The notes below the pieces were generated by a model. That model saw only the letters and a list, made by a program, of their open reading frames with translations. It was not told the DNA's origin and did no database searches. This document shows positions 24,776-36,855 of a stretch of DNA of 64,000 bases, one piece after another. The translations under genes were made by a program, and so were the position numbers. The stretch lies in contig CAVNZM010000002.1 in NCBI GenBank assembly GCA_963693365.1, positions 4,728,259 through 4,792,258 on the forward strand, read 5' to 3'. Position 1 is the stretch's first letter; each line of letters begins with the position of its first letter. The DNA is from Amoebidium appalachense (taxonomy: Eukaryota > Protista > Ichthyosporea).

Positions 24776-26196
24776 CCACGTACCACCACCGCCGCCGCCG
24801 CCGCAGCCCAAACGCCACCCCACCCCACCCAACCCCACCCCACCCAAACCTTCAGATAGAGCATCATGGATGTGCATATGAGCAAGCCACACTCCATCAT
24901 GACTGTAGTAGCGCCATCACCGCGGGGGTCCAGGTCACGTAATTACCATATATAGCCATTGATATTTTTGCACTGTGATCACTGTGACCATGACTGACTT
25001 GAGCTACATGTAAAACCGTGGGCATACCGTAGTACAGCCCAAATCTGACCAAATGCATATGGTATGTCAATATGCGATTGCCGTCAATTGCAAGCATGAG
25101 GCCTCCTAAATACTGAGCACCCGCACCCCTAGGCCTGGTTAGAAGGCCTTGGATTGAACGGTTGACCCTGCTGCAAAGCTCGGGATGAAACCACATGACA
25201 AACTGCACCAGCTGCAATTGGGGAGAGGCCAACAAACGAATCCACGCAGTCACGGAAATCCTGATCCCGGCCCCCCTTCCCGAAGGAAAAAACACACTAC
25301 TGTGGCACGGACACAAACATGCATATGTGTACACTGCACAGAGAGAGTCCCCACTAAACTTGCACTCTAAGACGGTCACCAGGCATACGATGGAGTTTTG
25401 ACGGGATTATAGTCATAGTATACGGGCAATAGCGTAAAGAGTTCCTTAGAACACCACTCGGCCTGGTAGAACAAAAGGGAAAGACTGAAACAGTATGCAT
25501 AACCTAAATCAACTGCAGCGTCAATATTAATTAGTTGTGGGTGCCTGTGCAGCTTCCCCGTATTTTTTAGCTAAACTTCTACATTTCTAAGGAAAATACT
25601 GGACCACATTCATGTTCGTTTCCATCGTAGTCTAAAGTTTCTATTCTGTTTTCCTGATCTTTTCAGAGCGACTCGCGATCTTTCTGATTATGATCATGGG
25701 TCATAGAGAGGAGCTTATAGAGTGGATTTCATACTGACTCTTGTGGGTGGCCCAATATTGTTTCCTGTATTTTTTGCTAAAATCCTGCATTTTTCAGCAA
25801 AATACCGCACTACATTCCTGCCCGGTTGTCTTCATATGGTCCAGATCTTCCCAAACTTTACTGGTCCTTTACGGCGGTCTTCTTGATCTTCAAGCTTGCT
25901 CTATTCCCTATCTTATCTTTGTAATGGTTTTAAGAGTCTTGATCCTTCAAATTTCATCCTTAATCTTGCTAGAAATATCGAAACCTCCACATACATTCCC
26001 GATCTTTCTAATCGTTCTCTAGCCTATACAACTCCGTAAATGCTAGCTACTCCCCGTCCCCCCCCCTCCCCGCCCCCAAAACACACACACGCGCTATGTG
26101 GGCCAGGTATCGGGGGAACACATCATGGGGGAACACATCATAGACTATCAGATCTATCGAAAACCCATCGCTGTGCATCGTCAAAGATGCACGGTA

Positions 26197-26472
26197 TGTA
26201 CGTTTCATATGCGCAGCAGATGAAAGATGTTTCACGGATCACTTCGGGCGCAGGCAGCCGGGCGGCCCATGACGTCACGGGCCGCAGCGCCAGGCGCAGC
26301 CGCAGCGGCGGCTGACATCGGTCTGGCGCAGCGCCTGACGTCAGGCGCCACCAGCGCCGGTATTTCCGGCGCAGCACACTGCAGATGCAGGCCACCTTCG
26401 TTTTCGCCGTGTGCTGCACGTACGGTTTTTGTTAGCACGATTGCGTTTTCGGTGGCTAGCACACGGCGGCTC
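26197..26472 (+). repeat. Ngaro repeat A1 (276 bp)
   Basis: Copy at 31359-31634; contains the 18-bp palindrome GCGCCTGACGTCAGGCGC (26331-26348) and a second TGACGTCA. Confidence 0.95.
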
Positions 26473-26476
26473 AAGT

Positions 26477-26549
26477 ATGGAAGTAGACCCAACCGACAAT
26501 GGCCCTGCAGCACAGGCAGGGCAGGAGGCGCGCCCTCCTGTGCAGGACG

Positions 26550-26609
<60 letters not shown>

Positions 26610-27670
26610 TTGCCCTGACCCCTGAGCTGGCAGCGACCATTCGCATGTTTGCTTCTGAGGTGGCCAACGCGACCCGTCAGGCCCTGCAGGCCAGCCCGGC
26701 CCCCCCTTCCCAGCAAGATCTTCTCCTGCGCGCCTTCCCCCACCTCGTCAACCTTGGCGAGGGCGGAACCGGTAGGAACCCCCCTGTCACGGGGCCCCCT
26801 GCCGCTGCGGCGGGGGCCGTGGATGCTGTAGAGCAACCCCCCGGCAACGCCAACAAGCGCCCCCGTCGAGGAGGACCCTCAGGGCGGCGACATGCACCAG
26901 CTGCCTCCGCCGCCCAATGCCCTGCAACTGGCCGTTTGGGGGGCCAGCCAGCGCAGCCAGTCGAACCCACCCTGCCCCCACCTGTCCCCGGAGGTCCGGG
27001 GGCTGCCATCTTCGAGCCTATGTAGCATTTCGCTTTACTCGACCTGCTGCCGCCCACGGGCTCTTCTGTCCACACGCAGCGCCAGCCGGTTTCCCTGCCT
27101 GGCCTGCCTGCTGGCACGGTTGTGCTGCAGACGCCTGGCACCCAGCGCCAGCCCGCCCTGTGCCCGGACCTGCAGACCTACCTGCGCTGCATCTTGCAGC
27201 TGCTACGCCTACGCATCAACGCCGACGCCCCCGTCACGGCCCTGCTGGCCCACGCCGAGTTTGTGGCCACTGAGTTGGCACCCGAGTACCAGTGGGCTGC
27301 CATCATGCGCTGGGAGGATGCACACCGCCGGTCGTGCGCTGCCTCTGGCCGCCCACTCGACGCACCCGACGCTGTGCAGCTGGCCGTGTCCCTGTCTGGT
27401 GCCCGCCTGCACCAGGCACCCACCGCTCCCCGCACACCCCGGCAGCCTGCCTCTGGGGGGGCCACAGCCAGCCCTCGCGCCAGCCCGGCCCCTGCTGCGG
27501 ATGAGATATGCCGGGGCTTCAACACGGCCAAGGGCTGCACCAGGAAGGGACCCAACCCTTGCCGCTACAAGCACGCCTGCCTGAAGTGCGGCTCAGCGGC
27601 GCACGGCGCACACGCCTGCCCTCCCAACCCAGCCAACGGGGCGGGGGAAGGGGGGGCCAACCCGGCTTAG
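26477..27670 (+). pseudogene. Ngaro ORF1 (gag-like) with polyQ18 and C-terminal CCCH + CCHC zinc fingers; one in-frame TAG
   Basis: ORFs 26411..27025 and 27122..27670 share a frame and are separated by TAG 27023-27025. Finger region CRGFNTAKGCTRKGPNPCRYKHACLKCGSAAHGAHAC; (CAG)18 at 26552-26605. Confidence 0.8.
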
Positions 27671-29393
27671 GGGGCCCAGCCCCCTTTCGGGCAGGGGCTG
27701 ACGTCCGCGCTGGGCCTGCCCTCTCCGTTGCCCTGCGGGGCCCATGGTCACCCCCCCCAGCGGCACCACCACAGACCGTATCTGTCCCCAACTTCCGCCG
27801 TTTGTTTGAGTTGTTTCCGCACCCCGACAGTGCGTTTCAGCAGGCTCTGCTCCGCGACTTAGAGCTGGGCTTCTCGGTCGGTTACTTCGGCGAGCGGGTC
27901 ACCCGGGTGGGCCGAAACCACCCGTCCGCGCTGGCGGCCCGTGAGCAGCTTGCAGCCGACATTGCGAAGGAAGTGGCATGCGGCCACATCCTGGGCCCCT
28001 TCACCCGCGACGAGATGGTGGCCCTTTATCCTTATTTTGTATCCTCGCCCCTCGGGGCAGTTCCCAAAAAGGGCGGCACGGGCGTCCGCCGCATCCACGA
28101 CCTTTCCTTCCCGCGTGGCTCCAGTATCAACGATGGGGTCGATTACCCGGATCAGCTGGAGTACATCACCATCCGCACGGTGATGCAAACAGTAGCTCGG
28201 CTCGGCCAGGGCTGCTTCCTCGGGGCATACGACGTGAAGGGTGCCTTTCGTCACGGCCCGGTGCACCCAGACGACCAGCCACTGCTGTCGTTCCAGCTGC
28301 TAGGCGCGTTCTATGTGGAGACCCGCCTACCGTTTGGCTTGCGGTCCAGCCCAGCGTTCTGGGAACGCATAGCTCAGGCCCTGCAGCACTTCGCCCACGC
28401 CCTCAACGCCACAGAGACACAGCATTTTGTGGACGACTTCTTTTTCGGCGGCCGTACGCTGCAAGAGTGCGCCTTCAACATGCTGGTGTTTCGGTGGGTG
28501 TGCTCGAAGGTGGGTGTTACGCTTGCCGACGACAAAGTGCAGCTGCCCTCACACACGCTCATCTACTCTGGGCTCGAGTGCAGTGGGACACTCTGCGCAT
28601 GGAGGCCCGCTTACCTGCCGTCAAGCTGACCGAGCTCCGGGCCCTGCTAGCCGATTGGCGGGGTCGCACCAACGCCACTGTTCGAGACCTACGGTCCCTG
28701 TGCGGCAAGCTCATGTGGTGTGCTCAGGTTGTGGCGCTGGGGCGTGCCCGTGCCTTTCTTCAACGCTTGCTTCATCTGCTGGCGGAGGCTGAGAGGGCCG
28801 GCCTAGGGCCCCACCACCACATCCGTGTCTGCGCCGACGCACGAGCCGACGTTGTGCTGTGGTCGGAGTTCCTCCCCGAGTGGAACGGCATACGTGTGCT
28901 TACCCCCCCCGTGCATCACATGTTCACCACAGATGCGGCCGGCAGCATAGGATGCGGTGGCTACTGGGGTCAAGCGTGGTTTCACCTAGCATGGACGGAC
29001 CATTGGTGCACGGTCATTGCTGGCGGAGATGTGTGGGCTTCCGTGCTGTTTGAGCTGGCTGGCATTGCCGTGGCCCTGGCCTGTTGGGGTCCCAGCTGTC
29101 GCAACAGCCACATACGCGTGCTCACCGATAACGACGGTGCAGTATCTACGATCGCGTCCCGTCACTCCCCCGTCCCTGCCATTGCCCGGGTGCTGCGTCT
29201 CATCACGCTGATGGAAATGCGCTACACGGTGCTGGTCTCGGCCAAGCACATCCCTGGCGTGGAAAACTCGATTGCGGATGCCATCTCGCGAGCACAGTGG
29301 GCCACTTTCGACCGGCTGCACCCGTGGCACGCACCAGTCCCAACACCCGCGCCTGAGTGGCTAGCGGGGTGGTTTGCTGCCCCTCTCTCGTGA
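27508..29393 (+). pseudogene. Ngaro reverse transcriptase / RNase H, one frameshift near 28575
   Basis: RT motifs SPLGAVPKK, RRIHDLSFP, DVKGAFR, LPFGLRSSP, FVDDF. RNase H motifs TDAAG, ELAGI, TDND, HIPGVENSIADAISR. The frame switches between IY(S)GL and VQWDT. Confidence 0.9.
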
Positions 29394-29692
29394 TGGGGCT
29401 GGGCCGAGCCCCCTCCCCTGTTCCTTTGCCTTCGTATTGGGCTTGGCGTGTGGGTTGTGGGGGGCACCGACACCCCCCCTTCCCCCCTTCCCACTTTGTA
29501 TATCGCACGAGTCATGTTCTGCAGTGGCGGCCGGGGCCGGCCCCCCCCCCCACTACATGAATTCGCTCGGATTCCCTCACTCACCCGGTGGAGTGTTTGG
29601 GACAATACATTACCGTGACGGTCTTACGGTGTACACACGGTGTGCCTCTTTGTTCGGTGCTGGCCCGCAGTGCCAACTGCTTGTGGCGTGTC

Positions 29693-29727
<35 letters not shown>

Positions 29728-29947
29728 TTCCCTCCCCCAACCCCCCCAACCCCACCCTGCCACCCCTCCACCCGCCCCTTCGATCGTGCATGCTTAACCT
29801 CGGTGTTACACACACAGGCTCATACACACCCACACACTAGCGCACACACACGCACGCCTACACCGCGGCTTGTGCGCGCATACCCCCCCCTCCCCTTCCC
29901 CCGCCCTCCCTGCCAGCGCTGCATGCATCCTCTGCCCTTTAGCTACG

Positions 29948-29981
<34 letters not shown>

Positions 29982-31215
29982 TTGTTTGCCTGCCTGTGCA
30001 CCCGCTTGCCTGCCGCCCACCCCGCTCGTTGCCTTTACCCCCCCCCCCCCCTGGGACTCTAGGCATGATGCTCACACAGCTCTGTCCCTGCAGGTGGCTT
30101 GCTCCCCTTTGGTGGCGACCATGGTAGGCTTGCCCAGTGGTTCACCCCCGAGGTTTTGGCCCGTGTCCCGGAGGTGGCCCGCACCATCACTCGGCTGTCA
30201 GTGGGCGACAGCACGGAGTCCTCCTACTCGTCCTACCAGCGCCAGTTTATCGACTTCATCTACGCAATGGACTGCCGCAATCCTGATGGTGGCTACCTGC
30301 CAGCCTGCCCAGCCCAAGTGCAGCTGTTCCTTGCCTGGTGCGCCATGCGTGCGGTGCAAGCCCGGACCATGCCCAGCATCGTCTCCGCCGTCAACAGCCT
30401 GCACCGCAGCTTGGGCATGGCACCACCAGCGGGCTCCGGCCAGCAGAGCCTTCAGTGGTTTATCCGCGGGGCTGGCCGCTTCCTGCTGCTGGAAGGCAGC
30501 CACCGGCCCAAACGAGTGCTCGAGCCCCTCCTCCCAGCCGACCTCCGCGCCCTCCTCCCAGTCATCCAACCGGGCTCTTCATTGGAGGCCCTGCGTCTGT
30601 GGGCTGCCCTGCTGCTTGGCAGCTCGTGCCTCCTGCGCTCGGGCGAGTTCACGTCCAAATCTGCGGCCAAGTTCAACCCCCTCCTTCACCCCAAGCGTCG
30701 CGACGTCCAGCTCCTATGGCAGGATGGCCGCCTGATTGGGGCAACAGTCTTCCTGCCGACATCTAAGACTGACCCCACGGGCAAGGGTGTTACCATCCGG
30801 GTGCCCGCCTTCCCGGAGGAGCCTTCCTTCTGTCCAGCAGCCAATCTAGCCCTCTTCCTGGGGGTCTCGTCAACCAGGGCAGGCATCCACCCAGATGCAC
30901 CCCTGTTCAGCGTCGACGGCAGCCCTTACCTCAAGAGCACCTTCATCGCCGGTTTCCGCACAGCTCTACACCATGCGGGCTACGACCCCGACCGGTACGC
31001 CGGCCACAGCCTGCGTGCGCATAGGGGGGGCCACTGCAGCTGAGAGAGCGGGCCTACCTGACGCCACCATCAAAGCCCTTGGCCGCTGGGCATCAGACGC
31101 ATTCATGGTCTACATCCGGCTGCCCCACCGCGACGTGCAAGCCTCCATTGCCACCGTCTGGTCACACCAGGGCCTCGCCACGGGACCTTGGGGCGGACCC
31201 CCTACATCGCAGTAG
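29393..31215 (+). pseudogene. Ngaro tyrosine recombinase, with predicted intron 29448-30093 and a 4-bp duplication frameshift near 31016
   Basis: Catalytic motifs LLRSGE, SKTD, HSLR(IGGAT), GRW, YIR. ATG 29393 overlaps the RNase H stop (TGATG). A phase-1 GT (29448) and CAG (30093) join it in frame to the YR body. Confidence 0.85.
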
Positions 31216-31225
31216 GGGGGCCTTG

Positions 31226-31881
31226 TGGTGCGGGGGGGGCTCATGGCATGGACCCCCCCTGGCGGCCCCCGCCTCGGCCAGCCCCTTGGGTGCAGGCACG
31301 ACGGCCTGCACTCCACGGACACGGGGGGCATGAGGCAAGCACGAGTGAGTGATGTGAATGTACGTTTCATATGCGCAGCAGATGAAAGATGTTTCACGGA
31401 TCACTTCGGGCGCAGGCAGCCGGGCGGCCCATGACGTCACGGGCCGCGGCGCCAGGCGCAGCCGCAGCGGCGGCTGACATCGGTCTGGCGCAGCGCCTGA
31501 CGTCAGGCGCCACCAGCGCCGGTATTTCCGGCGCAGCACACTGCAGATGCAGGCCACCTTCGTTTTCGCCGTGTGCTGCACGTACGGTTTTTGTTAGCAC
31601 GATTGCGTTTTCGGTGGCTAGCACACGGCGGCTCCCACCCACCCACCTCTCAGTCTGTATACATGACGGTGTACGTATGCGACTGTGACTGGCTCACAGC
31701 CCGATTGCAGCGGCAATAAAGCATGTCGAGGCGGGGCCCAGCCCCGGCTGGTGCGGGGGGGGCTCATGGCATGGACCCCCCCTGGCGGCCCCCGCCTCGG
31801 CCAGCCCCTTGGGTGCAGGCACGACGGCCTGCACTCCACGGACACGGGGGGCATGAGGCAAGCACGAGTGAGTGATGTGAA
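31226..31881 (+). repeat. Ngaro 3' repeat block B1 (31226-31358), A2 (31359-31634), 114-bp spacer with AATAAA (31715-31720), B2 (31749-31881)
   Basis: Direct sequence identity between copies. Confidence 0.95.
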
Positions 31882-33512
31882 GTGTATCTTTTGCCTCCCT
31901 CACCCAATCAATAGCTGTCCGTACATCCGGGACCGCATTTTCCGCAAAGGTTTCCTCTATGAGATAACAGCCAGTGGAAGTCGTTGTCCCACCCTCCTCC
32001 ATAAATTATTGGATGTTGATTTTGTCCTCTTTTGGTATGGTGTCAAGGTCTGTGATTGGTAGCTTTCCCACCTCCAGCACCGTGCTTAACCTATGTGGGT
32101 CGAGCCCATCCCCGCCGTTGCCATTTTTGGCAATTTCCTTATCAATGTGGTTGGTGAGGGACACTTTGGGCCTTTCTGGGTGACCAGTTTGAATTTTTGC
32201 CCTCCTTAAGGCGGTGGCCATAGATTTGAAGTGGGCTAGTTGGCTGCGAATTTGAGAAATGTAGTTGCCTGATATGACAATCTAGATGCCGGGTGGGAAG
32301 CGACCGGGGATGTGTGGTGGTGGTTGTTGCTTGGGCGGGGGGAAGGGGGAGGGGACGGGGGGAGGGGGCAGAAGAGGGACGTGAGGGAGGAGAGGGTGGC
32401 TGGGTGGGTGGGTGGGTGAGGTGCTTGTATTTGTGTGTTTGTGTGGGTGGTGGTGGTGGTGGTGGTGGTGGGGGGGGGGGGGGGGGGGGGGGGTTGAGTT
32501 GTGTGTGGGATGGGGGGGGGGGGGGGAGGGGGGGGGTAGGGGGTAGGATTACTGTGGTACCGAAGGCAATCAGGCTAACTTAGGCCGAATAAGATTTCCG
32601 TGGGTTCAGCATGTGCAACATTTTACGTATATTACCTAGCCCCAACCTGGAATAACGGTTTAGTACCACGCATAACTGAAAACACATGGAAAATAAGGGC
32701 CTCGATCAAATTTAGGGTTACTGTTGAAAAAAACCACAAAGCGGGGGGGGGGGGGGGGGGGGGAGGGGGGGGGGGGGAGAGGGGAGAGGGGGGGGGGGGG
32801 GGGGGAGGGGGGTGTCAGAACTATGTACGAACTCAGTCTGATGCAGAGAAGAAGAGTAGAAAGGTGGGTGGGTAGGTTGTGGACGCAGTTTTGGTGGTTG
32901 TTGATGATGGGGGGAGGGGGGGGGGGAGAGGGGGGGGGGGGGGGGGGAGGGGGGGAAGGGGGAGGGAGGAGGGGGAGTGAGTGAGTGAGTATGTGTGTTA
33001 AGATGGGGGGAAGAAGGGAGGGGGGGGGGGGGGGGAGGGGAGGCCGGGGGGGAGGGGGGAGGGTGAGTAGGTGTTCGTGTGCGTGTCTATATAGGATGTG
33101 GGGAGGGAGGGGGGAGGGGGGGGGGGGGGGGGGGGGGGGGGTGAAGGGGGAAAGGAGCAAGGATTCCAACCTAAGACGGGTGCTGGCGCTGTCAATGTAG
33201 ACATCATGCAGTCTCTGGGCTAGGTCAACGGCAGATGAAAATTTGTCCGAAAGAATATTTATGTCTGCGCTCGACCACCCACAGGCTACCACTAGCTCCC
33301 TCTTAGCCAATCGGACGAGCCGGTAGCGGTAGCTCTCGACTGCCTCCCAAAAATGGAGCTGAAGGAAGGGATTTTTTGATTGGTCATTGGTCAGTGTGCT
33401 TTGTACTGGCGGTGAATGCAATGATTCAAAGTCCCAAGACTCCACCATTAAGGGCCACATCATATAGCCTTCAATCTATAATCTTTGGTAGCGTGGGGGG
33501 GGGGGGGGGGGG

Positions 33513-33545
<33 letters not shown>

Positions 33546-34215
33546 TGGGTGGTTGTGTTTGTTGTTTAGTTTTCGTCCTTTTCTATTCTTTTTTTTTTTC
33601 CCGTGGCGGGGGGAGAAGCGGGGGGGGAGAGAGAGAAAGAGAGAGAGAGAGCGGAGGGGGGTCTAAGAGCAGAGGAAAAGAAAGGATAATCAAGGGCAAA
33701 TCATGAAAAGGCCATAGGGAAAAGCAAGGAGAGACTGTAAACAGTTGGACTAGTTAGGATAAGGCAGAGTACAACTGAATCAAAATAAAGACAGAGAACG
33801 GGTAGAAAGGCACACGCGGCCAGGTTGCTTTTACTATGGGCCGACTCAGTCTGTCTCAGACTTCACTGATGTGATCCCCGTACTGGGACGGCTTTCTTAT
33901 ATAGCCCCCAGGTTTCGGATCAAGGCCCAGGATTGGTTCATCCGCGGCCAGCGCGGGTGGCAACATGCCATTCGTGATTCTGGTGCGGTCCGAGCCAGTC
34001 AGACCTTTGTCCTATTTATGCAAACCTCTTATTGGTTCACTTCGTTTATGTGGTATGCAGCTGAAGAACCATATATGGTTCAATTCTTAGGTCAGAGTGA
34101 GTCCTATTGGTGCGGACATAATATTTATGTGATATTCATGACAAAGCACGAATCGTGTGCTAGTAGATCACATTCTTTAGTAAACATGTACAGTTCATGT
34201 GTACAGTTGTTTACA

Positions 34216-34226
34216 CTCCCCCCCTT
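34216..34226 (-). other. Polypurine tract of the LTR element
   Basis: A purine run (AA-G-run-AG on the minus strand) immediately precedes the 3' LTR. Confidence 0.75.
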
Positions 34227-36837
34227 GTCGGGAGCCTGGTGGTGTCGTTAGACAAGCAAACCACCAGGCTGAGAGGCGATAAACAACCTTCAGCGAGAAT
34301 TCTTGTGTGTGCCGAGCTGCTGGACAGAACAGAGCAAGGACGGTGGAATAGAGTTGTGCACGTCTATGAGCACTTCTTCATTTGCCAAAACGTAAATTCA
34401 TGCAGCATTCTTCTGTGATTTCATTTTCGTGGCGAAGATTGTTGCAGAGTGTGCGTGCGAATAATTCGCTAAGCCTTCGTCTCTGTGCTTGGCTTTTCTG
34501 TAGAAGTAGTATTTTCCTTTTTGGGAATTTTTCCTTTTTAGGATACTCCCGCAGATTCGTTTTCAATTGCGAGTAATTTGGTTGTGTGGATGAATGATCA
34601 TACCAAACATTCGATAATGAATATAACTCGAGCCTTAGGTCACTTCGTAGCTCAGGTAGTGGTGGATAGCTTCAAGGCTTAGCCACTGCTCCTTATCCCG
34701 GTTCTACCATAAGACTGTAAGGCGAGTCACCATGGCCGGAAAAGCCGCTTCTTTCATGAACAAATAGCACTTCTTTCCTTTCAGCTTTAACTCTGCATCA
34801 TCGGAGCTGGGAAAAACATGAATAAAAATGCCCAAGTGTTCTTCGTTGGGCGACATAAAGAAATATATCACCCGTCAGAACCAGTAAAAGCCCGGTTCAT
34901 AATTCATAAGAAGAGGGTAGGCAAAGCAAGCCTCCTTCAGAAAACACATGCTTCCATTCGTGAGCAGTTTTCGTATCCCATTTGCCAGCCATTTTCGTTG
35001 AGCAGGGGGATTCCAGGCATAATACATTCTTCTGGAGGCTTGGCCTAAAAAGAAAAGTCGTCGGAGTCGCCCTTTCTTTTGTAAGCAACTTCGTGAGCGC
35101 GCTTCGTGTTTTCATATCCTCCAGTGCAGGTCTGGATGGTGCCCCATCCTCTGCTTCATTTGTAGGTGGCCCTACTGTAGGTTCTGTTCGTTGTGTGGAA
35201 TACCAAAACCATTCGTATTCGTGGAACTGCTTTGTGCTGTGCTTTCTTTCGTGTTGGTGTTCATGAAGTTACCCCGTTCACACACCCTACTTCTTACATA
35301 CATTAGATGTAAGTAGCTGCCTGGTGAGTGTGTGGTTCGTGTTCGTGGCATTCTTCTGTTCCTTCGTGAGAAGAATATTCGTTTTAGCAGAGGTGCCCAA
35401 TAAGGCAGCTTGTGGGGTTGTCTCCCGCATGTGCCCATTGGTGGGGTATGCACGTGCTAAATTGTTACAGTGTCATCATATTGCAAGGGAATAACATGGT
35501 CACCTCCGTACCAGGGCCTAGTAGGTACACATGATGGTCCGATGTGTTAGTCAACAACACCTTGCATTCGTATTCGTATTTGTCTTCCACGTCACTTTCT
35601 TCAGTAGTGAAGGAGGGTATTCGTAATTCGAAACTGAAAGGCTTCCAGCCAAAATACTGACACTGTATGATGGGGTTGTGAGGGAGCGGTGCCCATACCA
35701 CATTCTTTTGTTCTGGTGGGGGTGTGCCGGCAGCTAGTGCAAGGCTTGACAGTGTAATTGGTATGTTACACCGTATTGCCACAGACGGGCATTCACCTTA
35801 AAATTCGTACCCAACACCTTCTTTGTTTTTCACATGCATGAACAAAAGTTCTGCATCGACTTTATTACATGCCTTTTGTGCACCAAGAGTGCAAATTCGT
35901 TAGGGCGTGGCACCAGGAAGGGCCGCCATACATGAGTCAGGCATATGTTCGTAATGTGTTTAGGCATGCCAGCATACATTCATGCGCATGTTGTGCATCC
36001 TGGGCGCTAAACTATGGGGCATGCTGTATTCGAGAACAGCAAGGGATTCGAAGCATGCATGCAACACTACTTTCATAAGATCTTAGGTCCTACATGCTAT
36101 AGCAACAGCGACTATCTTCTTCGTTAAGTGCATTTGTGCTGAAAGTGGCCTGTGCATCTGGCTTGCGAGTGTGGACGTGCATGCGGTGGCATGGACACGA
36201 TGGCAGTGTGCAATAGGGCAATGCACGCAAGGGCAACGGTTTTATTTTCTTCCTAACATAGAGGGGGCTGTGTGCATTGCAACCCAAGCAGTGTTGTGCA
36301 TTCGTCCTTTCATTTTCGTATTTCCAGTTCATTTTGCTTTCGTTTTTCGTTTTTTGTCGTTTGATAACTTCGTTACTTCGTTTTGTTTTCGTGTTGCATT
36401 CATTTCGTATTTCCTCTATGCAATCGTTTGTCGTTAATTCTTTATTTCATTGCGTATTCGTGATGGTTCGTTTTTCGTTGGTTCATTGCTTCGTTAGCAA
36501 TTCTTTATTCGTTTGTTCGTGTATTCGTTGTTTCGTTGTGTATTCGTTTTTCTTCACATTTTTGATGTGTCGTAGCAAAAGAAGTTTTACATGCTTTCAA
36601 TTCTTTCCGTGTAGGTGGGCTGGCCACTTCAAACTTGTAGGTGTATATATTCTAAGCCGGACAAGGAAAGATGTGCCTATCATCGGGGTAAAAAGGATTG
36701 TGATCGGCCATGGGAGATTCTTGAGCTGATTGAAAGATGTGAGATTCTTGAACTGATTGAAAGATGTGAGATTCGAAGGATGCGAGATTCTTGAACTGCG
36801 CGGTCGCCAATGTAAACAGTTGGCAATGTATAACAGT

Positions 36838-36855
36838 GTCCTGCCGCGGTCGCCA
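36838..36855 (-). other. Primer-binding site, tRNA-Arg type
   Basis: Minus strand TGGCGACCGCGGCAGGAC lies 1 nt after the 5' LTR and is complementary to GUCCUGCCGCGGUCG-CCA, a eukaryotic tRNA-Arg 3' end. Confidence 0.8.

Larger units (their letters stand above)
26197..31881 (+). mobile_element. Ngaro-type tyrosine-recombinase (DIRS order) retrotransposon, 5685 bp, split direct repeats A1-ORFs-B1-A2-spacer-B2
   Basis: A1 26197-26472 matches A2 31359-31634 (1 mismatch seen); B1 31226-31358 matches B2 31749-31881. Carries gag, RT/RNase H and YR ORFs. No TSD; joining the flanks restores the host frame D-T-L-P-C-I-F. Confidence 0.95.

Noticed and set aside
23900-26040. Additional gene or recombinase relic (ORF 24897..25379, VSHGHS) and degenerate repeat 25555-25660 vs 25760-25910
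   Set aside because: No consistent reading frame or catalytic motif set could be assembled; left unannotated.
27023-27025. Alternative genetic code (TAG as sense)
   Set aside because: TAG terminates the EXS, synthetase and HDAC genes at the expected positions.
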